Assembly (NCBI RefSeq): GCF_001194135.2
Contig: NC_068988.1
Coordinates: 29,990,139-30,054,138, forward strand
DNA from: Octopus bimaculoides
Lineage: Eukaryota
Direction: 5' to 3'
Length of the DNA stretch: 64,000 bases
Shown here piece by piece: positions 22,980 to 36,376 of this stretch (position 1 is the first letter of the stretch; each line of letters opens with the position of its first letter). Below the pieces are notes generated by a model. The model saw only the letters and a program-made list of their open reading frames with translations, was not told where the DNA came from and did no database searches. Both the position numbers and the translations under genes were made by a program.

Positions 22980-23597
22980 GTCGACCAACTAATTACCTCA
23001 TTGACATGGACAAAATTGATGGCAATGTACTAACCCATGATAAGCTCTACATCATGGCCGAAGGTAACCCACACCAGATCCCAGGAAGAATTGGATATGC
23101 TTTAAATTTCAACGAGAGTGGGCAGTACTTGAACTTTGGCCGACTTGACGACGTCTGTTTTGGAAACCTTGACAAATGTACGCATGGATTTTTGCTGTCC
23201 AGTTGGATGAAGTTCGGAAATTACCATAACAACATGCATTACTTTGCTTCAGGTGACGGAGGAATATCAATGTACCAAGATAACGGTTATTTACACGTAA
23301 TTTTCATTAACTCGAAAAAGAAATGGAAAATCCAAGTTCCTAACCCGGAAATGGACACTTGGCACTTTGTCGAACTTTCCTGGCATCCAGATACAGGATT
23401 AAAAATGTACATTAATAACGAGCTTGTTGGATACTCTGAAGGTGTCAACTTTGATAGAAGCCTTACAGGAAATAAGGAATTCTATATAGGAGCACCAAGT
23501 ACTGGTTATGGAGCTAACCCTAACTTTGCTATTGATGAAATGGAAATATGGTATGGCAATAGAGATAATCTGGTTGCCTTTGATTACATCAACCGAG
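22980..23597 (+). CDS. Exon E (complete pentraxin/LamG-like domain 4); downstream exon(s) not identified
   Basis: Acceptor cattacAG|GT and donor CGAG|GTAAGA at 23598; 618 nt, phase 1-1. Motifs GYALNFN, CFGNLDKCTHGFLLSSW, WHFVELSWHPDTGLKMYINN, IDEMEIW. Confidence 0.93.
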
Positions 23598-24702
23598 GTA
23601 AGAATTTGTGATAGTTACCTGTACACACCTTTATAATGATTAACTGAAAATATTTAATGTTTTTGGCTTTTCAGGAATTTCAGGGCCCTAACATGGTTAA
23701 TAAACCCTTTGAATGTCACAGAAAATGCTCAGCAGCATTCTCAGTTCACATCCCACCAAGGTCAACTTTACCATTCATCCCTTTTGGGGTCGATAAAATA
23801 AAGTACCAGCCATATTACTGGGGTCGATGTAATCGACTGGTTCCTTCCTTTCATAATTGCTGGGCTTGAATCCTGCAATGGACCAGCATCCGGTTCTAGG
23901 AGATTGTTGCGATTTCGGTCAGTTGAGTTCTGGGACTCAAGAAAAACTTTTAAAAAATTAAAAGGTCTTGATCAAGAAAAATTATTCTTACAATATTTTG
24001 GAAAGAAGAGCCATATTTTCTAATTGCTTAATTATTATATAAAACTAATTAGGAATCTAGACATATGATTGATACATCACAATCTGAAGTTAATTGTATG
24101 TGGTGTTTGTATACAGATATATATCAGGGTGTGTATTTAATGTTAGATGAGAGTTTAGGTGTATAAATGCATAGACAAAAAGGTTTTTGCGTGTTTACAC
24201 TCAAACGTGTGCGTATACCTAATTGTATATTTATGAGTACTTGTGACTTTAAATATATATATNNNNNNNNNNNNNNNNNNNNNNNNNNNNNNNNNNNNNN
24301 NNNNNNNNNNNNNNNNNNNNNNNNNNNNNNNNNNNNNNNNNNNNNNNNNNNNNNNNNNNNNNNNNNNNNNNNNNNNNNNNNNNNNNNNNNNNNNNNNNNN
24401 NNNNNNNNNNNNNNNNNNNNNNNNNNNNNNNNNNNNNNNNNNNNNNNNNNNNNNNNNNNNNNNNNNNNNNNNNNNNNNNNNNNNNNNNNNNNNNNNNNNN
24501 NNNNNNNNNNNNNNNNNNNNNNNNNNNNNNNNNNNNNGTTCACATTGCTTAAATAAGTGGAGTCGCATGAAACGATCGTACTACATTAACTTTGGATATC
24601 CTTGTTGCTTATTTTGATTTTTAATCACCTTATTTTGGAATTGTATGGATAATACCATACTTAATTCTGGTGCCTAAACTTAAGTACCATATTCACCTTG
24701 AA

Positions 24703-24741
<39 letters not shown>

Positions 24742-24914
24742 ATATATACATACATACACGTACATTACATGCAAAGAGAGATGTTTGTGTGTGTATGTAT
24801 TTGTGTCTGAGTATATATATATATATAGTATGTACAAGTGTTTTTGAATATACATGCGTATATATATCGTATATTTTCAGCCTCATGTGAATATCTATAT
24901 TCTGTGTGTGTGCG

Positions 24915-24946
<32 letters not shown>

Positions 24947-25535
24947 CATGCTTGTGTATTCTGGCATAAGTTTGTATAAACCAAAATTTGTATGCATATA
25001 TCTATATGTATACCCACTTGTGTGTGTGTGTGTGTGTGTGTGCTTATTTGATTGACTGCACCAAATTCTTATGACTTACACTTCAAGATTTACACTTTCT
25101 TCCCATTTTACTATTTCAGACATGTTAACATATCTCTCACAGTTTTTTCTTGTTTTGGGTTGTTGTTTTTTTTTCTCTACTTCCAACAGTGTGTGTGTGT
25201 ATGTGTGTGTGTGTGCATGTGTGTATATGTGTTTATTAGGTCAAGTGGAGCGGGGTGAGGGTGGGGTGTAGAGGTTGTTCCCTTCCATTTGCTAGACTAA
25301 TTTAGATCTGTCACCTTTCCAAACTATACAGAAAGCTTCTCCCCCCCACTCTCTCTCTCTATCTCTCTCCTGTCTCTCTCTCTCTCTCCTGTCTCTCTCT
25401 CCCCCCCCTATCTCTCATTTCAACTATGTGTATATGAGAGTGTATGCTTCACACTCATTCGAGTATATGGCCATACATGCGTATGAAAAACATTCACCTC
25501 ACACACAAACACTACATGTATGAATAAATCACACA

Positions 25536-25582
<47 letters not shown>

Positions 25583-25905
25583 GGGTACGGTACTGACACA
25601 AGACAAATACCTTACAATACTCAGCTTTGTTCNNNNNNNNNNNNNNNNNNNNNNNNNNNNNNNNNNNNNNNNNNNNNNNNNNNNNNNNNNNNNNNNNNNN
25701 NTTGTTCCTAAGAATTTCAATTTGTAATCAAATGGACCCACTCTGCTGTGTTTCAGACAAATATCTTCTACCATAGCAACGAAGAAAATATGTACGTGTG
25801 TGTGTGTATGTATTTGCATATATGTATATTTCTACATATGTATGTATACATGCATGTATAAAGATACGTTAAATTTCTCCAGTCTCGTTTTAATATGTAT
25901 ATATT

Positions 25906-25995
<90 letters not shown>

Positions 25996-28248
25996 TGTGT
26001 GTGTATAAAATATTAATTCATACATGCTGTCCTCTCCACCCACATTTTACATTGATCACTCATTGAGCCACTAAGTTATCTCCCCTCCACCACTATATAT
26101 ATCTCCCCTCTCATTCACTATACCTACCCCACACTCTTACAACCTATGCAGCATTTCTCTTTCTCTCTCTCTATCTATCTTTCTCTCATCCTCTCTTTTC
26201 CTCTGTCTATCATTTTTATTATAATTATTAGTACTCTGCTACTGTTCACTCCACCTCCACCACTTTTCTCCTCCATCTCACTCATATCTTATTGACTAAC
26301 CTGCAGCCCTACCTAATTTGTACAGTTGTCACCTACTTTCCCCCTCTTCCTTACCTTCCCTCCTTATTCCCACCCAACATTTATTCTTCACTATATTCAC
26401 CATTCCTGATCTCTAACCGTCTCTCAATGTCCCCCACACATTCTTACACTCTCCATGCACACTTCTCTATTGTCCCCACTCCATATCTTAAGGAGCCCCT
26501 CCCCTGACGCTTCATCACCCTATTTTTATCTCTCTCCATTTCCACCCACCAACCACTCTCACCCTCTGTCAGTTATCAAACAGTTCTGCCACAGCAAAAA
26601 AAAACCTGTTCCATTCTGGTCTCTTCTCTCTTAATTTAACCCCTCGTCTCCAAATATAATATCACCTCCCTGTCAACTATAACTTCACTCATTCAAAGGG
26701 GATCTTAGTCTAACAGACAGTTCAGTAACCTCACTGGTGCTGGTGCCACATTAAAAACTCCCAGTCCACTCTGTAAAGTGGTTGGTTGTTAGGAAGGGCA
26801 TCCAGCCTTAGAAACCATTCCAAAACAAACAATTAAAGTACAATGCTGTCTTTGGACTCCGTGTGTGTGTGTGTGGGAATGCCTGTGCATGCACATGTGC
26901 TTGTGTGTATGTGTGTCTATGTGTGTATACGCATGTGTGTCTGTGTGTGTGCATGCACATGTGTGTGTGTGTGTGTGTGTGTATAAACATATTTAAAGAG
27001 TTTGGAATTGGTATTTTCTTGTTGCTTTAGGTTTGCTTGTCTGTAAGACATTAGCATTTGTTGTGTTGTTGTCTTCCTCCCTGAAATTATCTATGTTTAA
27101 AATTCCACATCGTTTGACTAAGTGTAATTAAATAAATTCAAACAAACTGGTAACGAGCTAAATGCATTTTTGCTTCCCCATCTCACCCGTCATCTTTCTC
27201 TACTATAACCTACCACCACCACTACTCCTACTACTATATCCACTACTAAGACTCCCCCCTTTGCTACCATCATCATCATCATCACTGCTATCACCATGAC
27301 AACCACTATTGTCAACACCACCGCCACCCCCATTAAAAACTAATCTTGCCCCTATGCTCCCCCACCACCACCAACAGCAACAACAACAAAAGCAACACCT
27401 GTCATCACCAACATCTATATACGAATTTTGGGCTTATTTTATCATTCTATTTTAAGATGGTCGTATACATACATACACACATTTAAGCACACACACACAC
27501 ACATATATATGCTTTCTTTTTTCTTAATATGTGATGGCGAAAGCGTAATTGTAGACCTGGCTTTGCTATATGGAGCTGAATAAAAGCCTCTTTTACGAAA
27601 AGTATTTGATGAAATTTCCTATGTAGTTTTACTTGGAATTAATCCTCCATACGAATAGGGATAATCATCTCAAATCCTCGTTTTTTTAAATATAAACTGT
27701 TGGCTATTAATTTTCTGTTGTTGCATTTCCTATGATGTATATCTGTAATTTAGCTTGTTTAATTATTGTACACCTTCAGAACCAACTGCCCATATTATCT
27801 ATATAATTGATAGAAATATAAATACTTAAGGATTATTTTTCATTTAATGAATAATTTAAGTAAACAAACGAGCACACCAGCCACAATATGGTCGCACTAT
27901 TTGTTAGAAATAACAGCCAAATTATTCTTAAATGCTTACTGATTTTAAATAGAAAGCATAAAAAACCGAGAGAGCGGGAAGGGCACATTAGATAATGTAG
28001 TCCTAGATATATTAGAGTTTGTTCGAAATAAAAGACGAGATAGGCAGCAGTGGAATGTTTTTGATCGTAGTTAAGGTCAGATTAAGGCCAACAGATGCCC
28101 CTAAGCACAACCGAGCGGTCTTTCTGTTTTTTTCTTTATCTCTCTCTCTCTCACACAACCTCGATAGTAGCATTGTCGAACTGAGACATTAAAAGATAAA
28201 GAGCTGACTCGATCCTCACTATTGTATACATACATACATACACGTGTC

Positions 28249-28290
<42 letters not shown>

Positions 28291-29659
28291 ATCCATGTAT
28301 ATGTATGATTATGTATGCATATGTGTATATACATATATATTTACCTGTGTTTGGATATATGTAAATAGATATATAGATGCGCATGTGGTTTGAATTTTAT
28401 TTATATAAAATTACATAGCATTTAGCAATTATTAACAATCATTTACAAAATTTATTAGGATGAAAGAAAAAAAAAAGATCAGATTTTCCACCGTTTTAAG
28501 GAAAAAATACATGTACTTTCCCCCCACTTCACTTTCAAAAAAATATTGAAAATGTTTTTCAAAATCGATGTTTGTGGCCTGTCTTTGAGAAAAAAAAAGC
28601 ATACGTATAAATATATTCCTTTGAAGAAATATTATTTTATATGGAAGAAAATACCTCGTATTTGAATGGTTTTTAAACTTCAAGACATATAACATTATTT
28701 ATACGTATATATATATATGAACCTCCTTCAATGTTATGGAAATTAAATGCTTTTATAAGTGATATTATTTTTATATTCATGTATAAGATTTATAGATTTC
28801 GATATTGTCTTCGATTCCGTTCCATAGTTGATTCATTCGAAAACGTGACAAGTTGATTGACATATATACAAACATTCGTACGTATATATATACAAAAATG
28901 CATACATCATAAAGTTCTATCTATCTATCTACCTACCTACCTATCTATCTATCTATCTATCTGATGTAGGGTCCGAATGGTTAAGTTCATTTCCAGACCA
29001 CGGGGACTCCGGTTCGATCCCACGGCGAAGCATCTTGGTCAGATGTCATTTGCTTTTATCATATACCCTTGGATCGTCCCATACCTTGTGAGTGAGACTG
29101 GGTCGCCGGAAACTGTTCCGAAGCCAGTCGGGTGCATTCTGAGAATTAAGGATACATGTCTTTGCGGAATATTCAGCCACTTATACATTAATTCAAGGGC
29201 AGGTAATTCTATTGACCGAACAACTGAATTCTCATCGACTAACGACGGAGATCCGCCACCGCATGTTTGTGTGTGTGCACATGTACAGGGAGAGTGCGAG
29301 GTTTCGTGGTTGGCGTGTTGCACTCATGATCGTAAGAATGTGGTTTCGATTCCTGGAACGGGCAACCCGTTGTGCTCTTGAGCAAAACACTTCATTTCAC
29401 ATTATTCCAGTCAATTCAGCTGGCAAAAACGAGGAATCCGGCGTCCCATCCGGGGACCGGACGATGATATATATGCCACAGAAATCGGCAGATTGGCCTT
29501 ATGAGCCTTTGCCTTGAGAAGAACTTTCGTATGCTGTAATGAAACCCAATGAAGCGAACTCGGGATTTACCCGTCGAATGAAATACAGCTTGTTTATCTT
29601 AGACAATTCTGTATATTCCCTATGTACCTTCCAGGATTCCCAAACCATATTCCCGTACG

Positions 29660-29693
<34 letters not shown>

Positions 29694-29799
29694 CAATTAA
29701 AAGGGTAAAGGATTATCAATTTATTAATTTATTGATAAATTAATAAATAATTGCTATTTCTGAACTTCGGTATGTTGCAACTGTTGCTGATCCCTTAAT

Positions 29800-29843
<44 letters not shown>

Positions 29844-32408
29844 CCAAGAGAGTTAGGGGTTGAGGATTCAACCATGCCAACGCTAGGCCGAAACAGCTGT
29901 AAGTTTCTGTCCCTTCTCCAATTGCTAAATGTCCTTTATATTTGAAATCTTAATTAATATGACATGGTATGTCATAAGTGTCTGTATATTGTGTTTTTTG
30001 TCCATTTAGTTATAAAATAAACAGATTAATCAACGGAATACATTGTCTGCAAGTCGATGTGTACCGCATATTCTCCATTTTCTCATTGCTATATATATAT
30101 AATGACATCATTGTTTAGCACTATCACCCCGTACTTTATATGCCATTGACGGTCCTCTTGAACCATCAGTTGACATGAGAAGGCCCCTTCTTTCCTCCAA
30201 AGTATGGGCCTTTATACCTGTGTCTAGAATTTCGAAAAACTAACGGCGAAATTATTTATCACAAGCGGGGCCAAATTATTTATTGCAAGCGGGGTCCCGT
30301 GCAAATTCTACGTTTTAGTAGAATAATGTATAATAAATTTCTAGATTTTCATAACGCTCTTCCATTATGTTAAAGATTGCGACTCCCGTAGTTGAGCTTA
30401 TACGCATAAACCCTTAACATCGTGTTTCCTAATGTTAAAAGCTTGATCAAGTTTTTTAGCGCAACACTCGACCACATGGTGACTTGCGTTCGAATGTTAC
30501 TATTGCACCTACAAGAACATGGGAGCAAGACGACTCTAGTGTTAGTTGCCCGGATATCTATGCAGGAAAGGTATTTTTTTTTTTAAAAGGTGCTTGGAAC
30601 TGACAGATTAAGGAGAAATTAGAATGTCGTTGAAGCTCTAGTATGCAGGTTTTTTTTCTTCTTGAAGAATAAATACATTGGCGACAAGGGTGAGCTTCAA
30701 ACTTAGGTGGGTGAACCCCAGCGGCTGAGCAAGGAACAGTTATGAACATGCCATGATGTAATCGTAATTCTAAAGTATCATGATTAATATATTATCATTA
30801 TTAGTCGTTACTTTCCTTTTGGCAAGGTAGGGCAGGCAGTGTTTTATCCGCGTGATGGTGGCCTTGGTGAAAGGGGTTGTAGATAAAATTCGAAAGGATG
30901 AAGACAACTAATTCTTTGACCAACTTTTTCAACTTGAAAAAGAAACTAGGTGTAGACAAGTAAGTGATGCCTTCCGGTAAACTTCATTGAAAGGTGAATG
31001 AAAGAAGCAAACAGGTGGATAAAAGAGGTGAACATAGTTCGAATGAATAAGCCTATTTCTAGTATGTACCTGTTGATTAGATGGCAGCTTGGAAGAGGTG
31101 CTTGCCTTAGTGGACAAGGTGATTGTGGTTTTGTGAGCTTTTTACAAGTATCTCCCTGTGGTCTCATCCCGCTTTTGGGGATTCTCCTCTGAATTTTTGT
31201 TGTTGCTTTTGTTATACCTCTCGTTTACACGGCTTTCTCTTCTGTTCTGCCCTTAATCTTTTCGTCAATCAATTAGTGGTTAATGAAAAAAATCATCATC
31301 ATTATTACTTAAATACTTGGTACTTATGCCAGACAAATGACTCGGAGGGTAAAATTAGCACCGGAATTCGCCCATTCTGTTTCCCTTTAAACTCTATATA
31401 TTTGTGTGTTTGCACTAAGAATTTTGGACAGCGAAAACTTTTCTACTTGGATAAAAATGCTGGTTTGTAGTTTTCAATAACACACACACACATATTTCAA
31501 ATATTAATTTTTCTCATTAAACATTTAATATCAACGATATGTAATGTTTTGCTGTTGTATTGAATGCTATTAGTCCCCGGCCAACATTGATCAAACAAAA
31601 AGACTGTGCTGAGATCAAAGGCCTTTCCGACCGTAACCATTCCGTTTTATTTCCAGACATACATGTATTTAGAACTTAATTATCCAATTATGTGACATCC
31701 CCTATTTTTTATTTTTTTATTTTAGAGAGAAAATATGTTATGAGGGATATTTGCTGCACTTTCTAGCATGTTGATTGACCGAGCGTGGAGATGTTACCCT
31801 ATTCAGGTAGTTAATTTTCGAGATTGTTTCCGTATGAATTTCATGACACTAAATATACATACACATCTTCATCCCTTTTACGGTGTTGATGATTGGTATG
31901 CAAAACTTACTTGCCTTACGTTCGCGAGTTCGAATCCAGTTCGATTCTCGCTCGAAGTTTTTTTTTTTTTAATCCATGTCATAATGCTTCAGTTTAAAAA
32001 AAAATTTTTTATTTAATTATTACACCTCACCCGTCTCGTGAAACGGGTAGAATGCATACATTTAAAANNNNNNNNNNNNNNNNNNNNNNNNNNNNNNNNN
32101 NNNNNNNNNNNNNNNNNNNNNNNNNNNNNNNNNNNNNNNNNNNNNNNNNNNNNNNNNNNNNNNNNNNNNNNNNNNNNNNNNNNNNNNNNNNNNNNNNNNN
32201 NNNNNNNNNNNNNNNNNNNNNNNNNNNNNNNNNNNNNNNNNNNNNNNNNNNNNNNNNNNNNNNNNNNNNNNNNNNNNNNNNNNNNNNNNNNNNNNNNNNN
32301 NNNNNNNNNNNNNNNNNNNNNNNNNNNNNNNNNNNNNNNNNNNNNNNNNNNNNNNNNNNNNNNNNNNNNNNNNNNNNNNNNNNNNNNNNNNNNNNNNNNN
32401 NNNNNNNN

Positions 32409-32472
<64 letters not shown>

Positions 32473-33672
32473 CGTCCAGCTGATGTAAAATAAATTCTAA
32501 AATAACTAGTAATTATACTGTAACGAGTCATTTCAGTTAATCCTGAATGACTTACCTGAAGTGGTAGCCTTTACGAAGTCCCTCGACCGGCTAGAAATAA
32601 CAGCCAACACTAGCTGGTAATAAAGGATGTTAGATGATTATGTATGTATAGATTGGTTAGTATAATTTAGTTGATGCGACAAGTTGGGATGGTCACGGGT
32701 AGAATGTTTTCAATTTCAAGCCTGTTTGGGAGACCAGAGTTGACCTTGGGCTTAAATTAAATGACAGCGGCAAAAGCTGGTTATATTTTTTCCCTAAATT
32801 ATGGCCTTTTATTTAAGTATTTGCACACACATACACACATGTGTATACATATACATACATACATATATATATATATATTGGAATTTTATTTATTAGATCA
32901 CCTCTACCTTGTTACTAATCTTTCACAATGATTCTTATGTTCATCTTGTTCGTAGTTGGTACCATACCAACGTTGTCTTGAAGTTTATAATAATAAACAG
33001 TGCTGGCAGCAACAGTGTGTATGTATGTATGTACGTCTGTAGTTAGTTCTTGCCGTAACAGTATCTATCTGTCTGTCTGGCTGTCCATCCGTTTTTTTTT
33101 TTCTAACTTATGAACAAAATACAACTACCGTATTTTAACGGGTATACAGAATCCTCATTTTGGGCCCTTACAATTTGGTAAAAAGGGTTCGTAAGGGATT
33201 ATGATACTATCCATGTATAAGAAACTCCCATATTTTTTAACCTAATTTTTGAGAAAAAAACAGAAGAGGGTTCCTTATGTTAATATACTGTAAATCAGCC
33301 TTCATATTAAATACTCTGTAAAATACTAGAATTGGTTTAAATACTTGTTTCCTACCCCTCTGGGTCCTTCATTTTACAAAGATCTTTATCGATTTTCTAA
33401 AAAANNNNNNNNNNNNNNNNNNNNNNNNNNNNNNNNNNNNNNNNNNNNNNNNNNNNNNNNNNNNNNNNNNNNNNNNNNNNNNNNNNNNNNNNNNNNNNNN
33501 NNNNNNNNNNNNNNNNNNNNNNNNNNNNNNNNNNNNNNNNNNNNNNNNNNNNNNNNNNNNNNNNNNNNNNNNNNNNNNNNNNNNNNNNNNNNNNNNNNNN
33601 NNNNNNNNNNNNNNNNNNNNNNNNNNNNNNNNNNNNNNNNNNNNNNNNNNNNNNNNNNNNNNNNNNNNNNNN

Positions 33673-33705
<33 letters not shown>

Positions 33706-34384
33706 CTGTACGAGTGTATGTATGTATATATGGTACAAAACATACACAGTTGGTTACTGTTAACCATTGGTAGAAAGAGTACTTGCTACAATAGCAGAGA
33801 TCAATGTTTTATTTTGGTCAGTCCTGTGCTACTCTGGATCCTAAAATCCCTGTTGTACCCTCAAGCGAAATTCAGACTAGCAAGAGACTAACTTGATCAA
33901 AATAATACACACACAGGTGTGTTTGTGTGTGTGCGTGTAGAATGATAAGGAGGAAGTTCTTGGTATAATAATATTATATATATTTGAAAGAATGAGTAGA
34001 GATTTTTATTTTAATCAAGAAATTCTTTGGTTGGTGGCAAAAGACAAATAAATTAGCTGCGTTCCTATGTTGCAAATGTTTCAGTTTTCTGGTTTATGAA
34101 GGACTTACTGCTCTTTCTGTCAAGAGAGAGAGAGTGCCTTTCTTCTGTTGCCAATGTGTGTATGTGTGTGTGTGTCTCTGTCTTTCCTTGTCAGTCTGTG
34201 TGTGTGTGTGTGTGTGTGCAAACATACATTTATATACACACACAAATAGTGAGCAATAAGTATGGACAAGTAAGGGGATTTGCAAGTGAAATGGAAAAAA
34301 GAGGAAAAAACCCAGCTGACAGGTACTCTGATCCCTTCTTCTGTTGTCAGTTGAAAATCATAACAATTTCAGCACACACACACA

Positions 34385-34769
34385 TTCTTTCATTTGTTTC
34401 AGTCATTTGACTGTGGCCATGCTGGAGCACTGCTTGTAGTCAAACAAATGGACCCCAGTACTTATCCTTTGTAAGCCTAGTACATATTCTATCGTTCTGT
34501 TTTGCCGAACCGCTAAGTCACAGGGACCTAGAACTCACCAACATCTGTTGTCAAGCAATGGCATAGGAGGTGGAGAAGAACACACACACAAACATATTTA
34601 TATATATATATATATGTACGACAGGCTTCTTTCAGTTTCCATCCACTCACAAGGCTTTGGTCAGCCTGAGGCTATAGTTGAAGACTCTTGTTAAGGTGCC
34701 ATGCAGTGTAACTGAACTCGGAACCATGTGGCTGGTAAGCAAGCTACTTAACACACAGCCACTCCTGCA

Positions 34770-34770
<1 letters not shown>
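34385..34770 (-). mobile_element. Family-A SINE
   Basis: gtttcagtcatttgactgtggcc...acacacagccactcctgcacc. Confidence 0.75.
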
Positions 34771-34814
<44 letters not shown>

Positions 34815-35780
34815 ATATATGTATATGCATATATCAAATCTGACACACACACACACACACGTATTTCTGTTTAGTATTAACTGTTGGGGTTTAAAGGTAC
34901 TCAGGACGGTGGTAGGTGATTAATGGCATTTCATTTTGGTCAAGTCTAGCCTCTTGCTACTCAGTTTCAATTGTAGGCACACAGGATCCTCAGGCTAGTT
35001 GTCACCGGTAAAATAATGGGGGTTAACACATTTGGTATAGAGTTACAGTTTTCTAGTTGTAGGGTGTTATATGGCAGGGAGAAAGTATGATAATGGATTG
35101 GGTCAAAAGGAGGAAAGCGCATACACACACTGTGTCTTGTATGCATGGTTATATGTATTATGTCTGTGTGTTGTTTTAACCATTTACAAGTGATTGAGAA
35201 TTTTGCTGTCTGCTACAACCTTTTGCAACAATTCTCCACCATGCAATATAACCTATTTATTCCTTTTGTTGTTGTTGTTGTTCTTTGTCTTCATCATCAT
35301 CATCAGCAGCAGCAGCTTCGGAAAGAAACCTTCTCTGGTTTAGTTCCTATAAAAAATTTCATCTCAACAGGTTGCTTTTCATTCATTGTCGTTGTCTTTA
35401 GTTAGCCCTAGGTTACCTGTGACTGAGAAGAACCTGTGATCAAAGGTATTCCAATCATGACCAGCCCAACATATTTCATTTCATATTTAGGACCATCTTG
35501 TGAAATGTTATGTTTTTGCTTTGGTTTTTTTTTTTTTTTGGTTTCGGTTGTCAATTTAGTTGAGTTGAGTGAGATTTGACTGCTATTTCTAACACACCCT
35601 GCAACCACATAGCTATCGTGATCTCTTGCGTAGAAGATTTTGTAAAACTGTAATTTTGGGGATGATATTTACAATTTTGAGTAATTCTCTCTCTCATACA
35701 CTGACACAGTATCTATCCCTCCGTCAATCTCTTTGCTCTCTCTCTGTGTATATATTTATATTTGTGATTATATATATGTG

Positions 35781-35822
<42 letters not shown>

Positions 35823-35966
35823 GACACACTCACACACCTGCTTGTTGTTCATACACCCATCTTCGTCTTTTCATTTTCTGTAAATTTCAACTATATATAT
35901 ATATTTATTAGTTTCAGCTTGAGGGCTGTGGCCATGTTGGGGCACTGCCTGTATTTTTATATATAT

Positions 35967-36007
<41 letters not shown>

Positions 36008-36332
36008 GGTGTATGTTTTTGTTGTATAGTACATAACATTAGAATACCTCTGTGTGTATATGTTTTATTACCATTATCATTATAGGTCCAACTTTGCTTG
36101 TGGACTGAGTAAAGATTTGATTTAATTTAAGTTACTGTAAGATCATTTAAGTTATTTGTGTGTGTGTGGATAGGGTGGTGGTGGTGGGTTTTTTTTTTAA
36201 CTAATTAAATCTATCCCTTGATTGGGAAAATAGAAGGTAAAATTACCCATGAGGAATTGAACTGGTTGCCTGTTGTAGAATGGACAGCCATCATAAACCA
36301 ATTATTTCAATGCTTTGAACAAAACCAAAGCA

Positions 36333-36376
<44 letters not shown>

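Noticed and set aside
24538-24617. MKRSYYINFGYP, resembling the YY motif at domain starts
   Set aside because: It abuts an N-gap, stops after a few codons and has no donor; chance similarity is likely.
30850-31140. Protein-like fragments (MVALVKGVVDKIRKDEDN*FFDQLFQLEK; LDGSLEEVLALVDKVIVV) and a CAA|GTAAGT donor
   Set aside because: Multiple stops and frameshifts and no recognisable family; it cannot be called a pseudogene or exon.
32027-32046. ACCCGT-loop-ACGGGT hairpin as a Helitron 3' end
   Set aside because: No CTRR terminus at the expected distance, and an N-gap follows.
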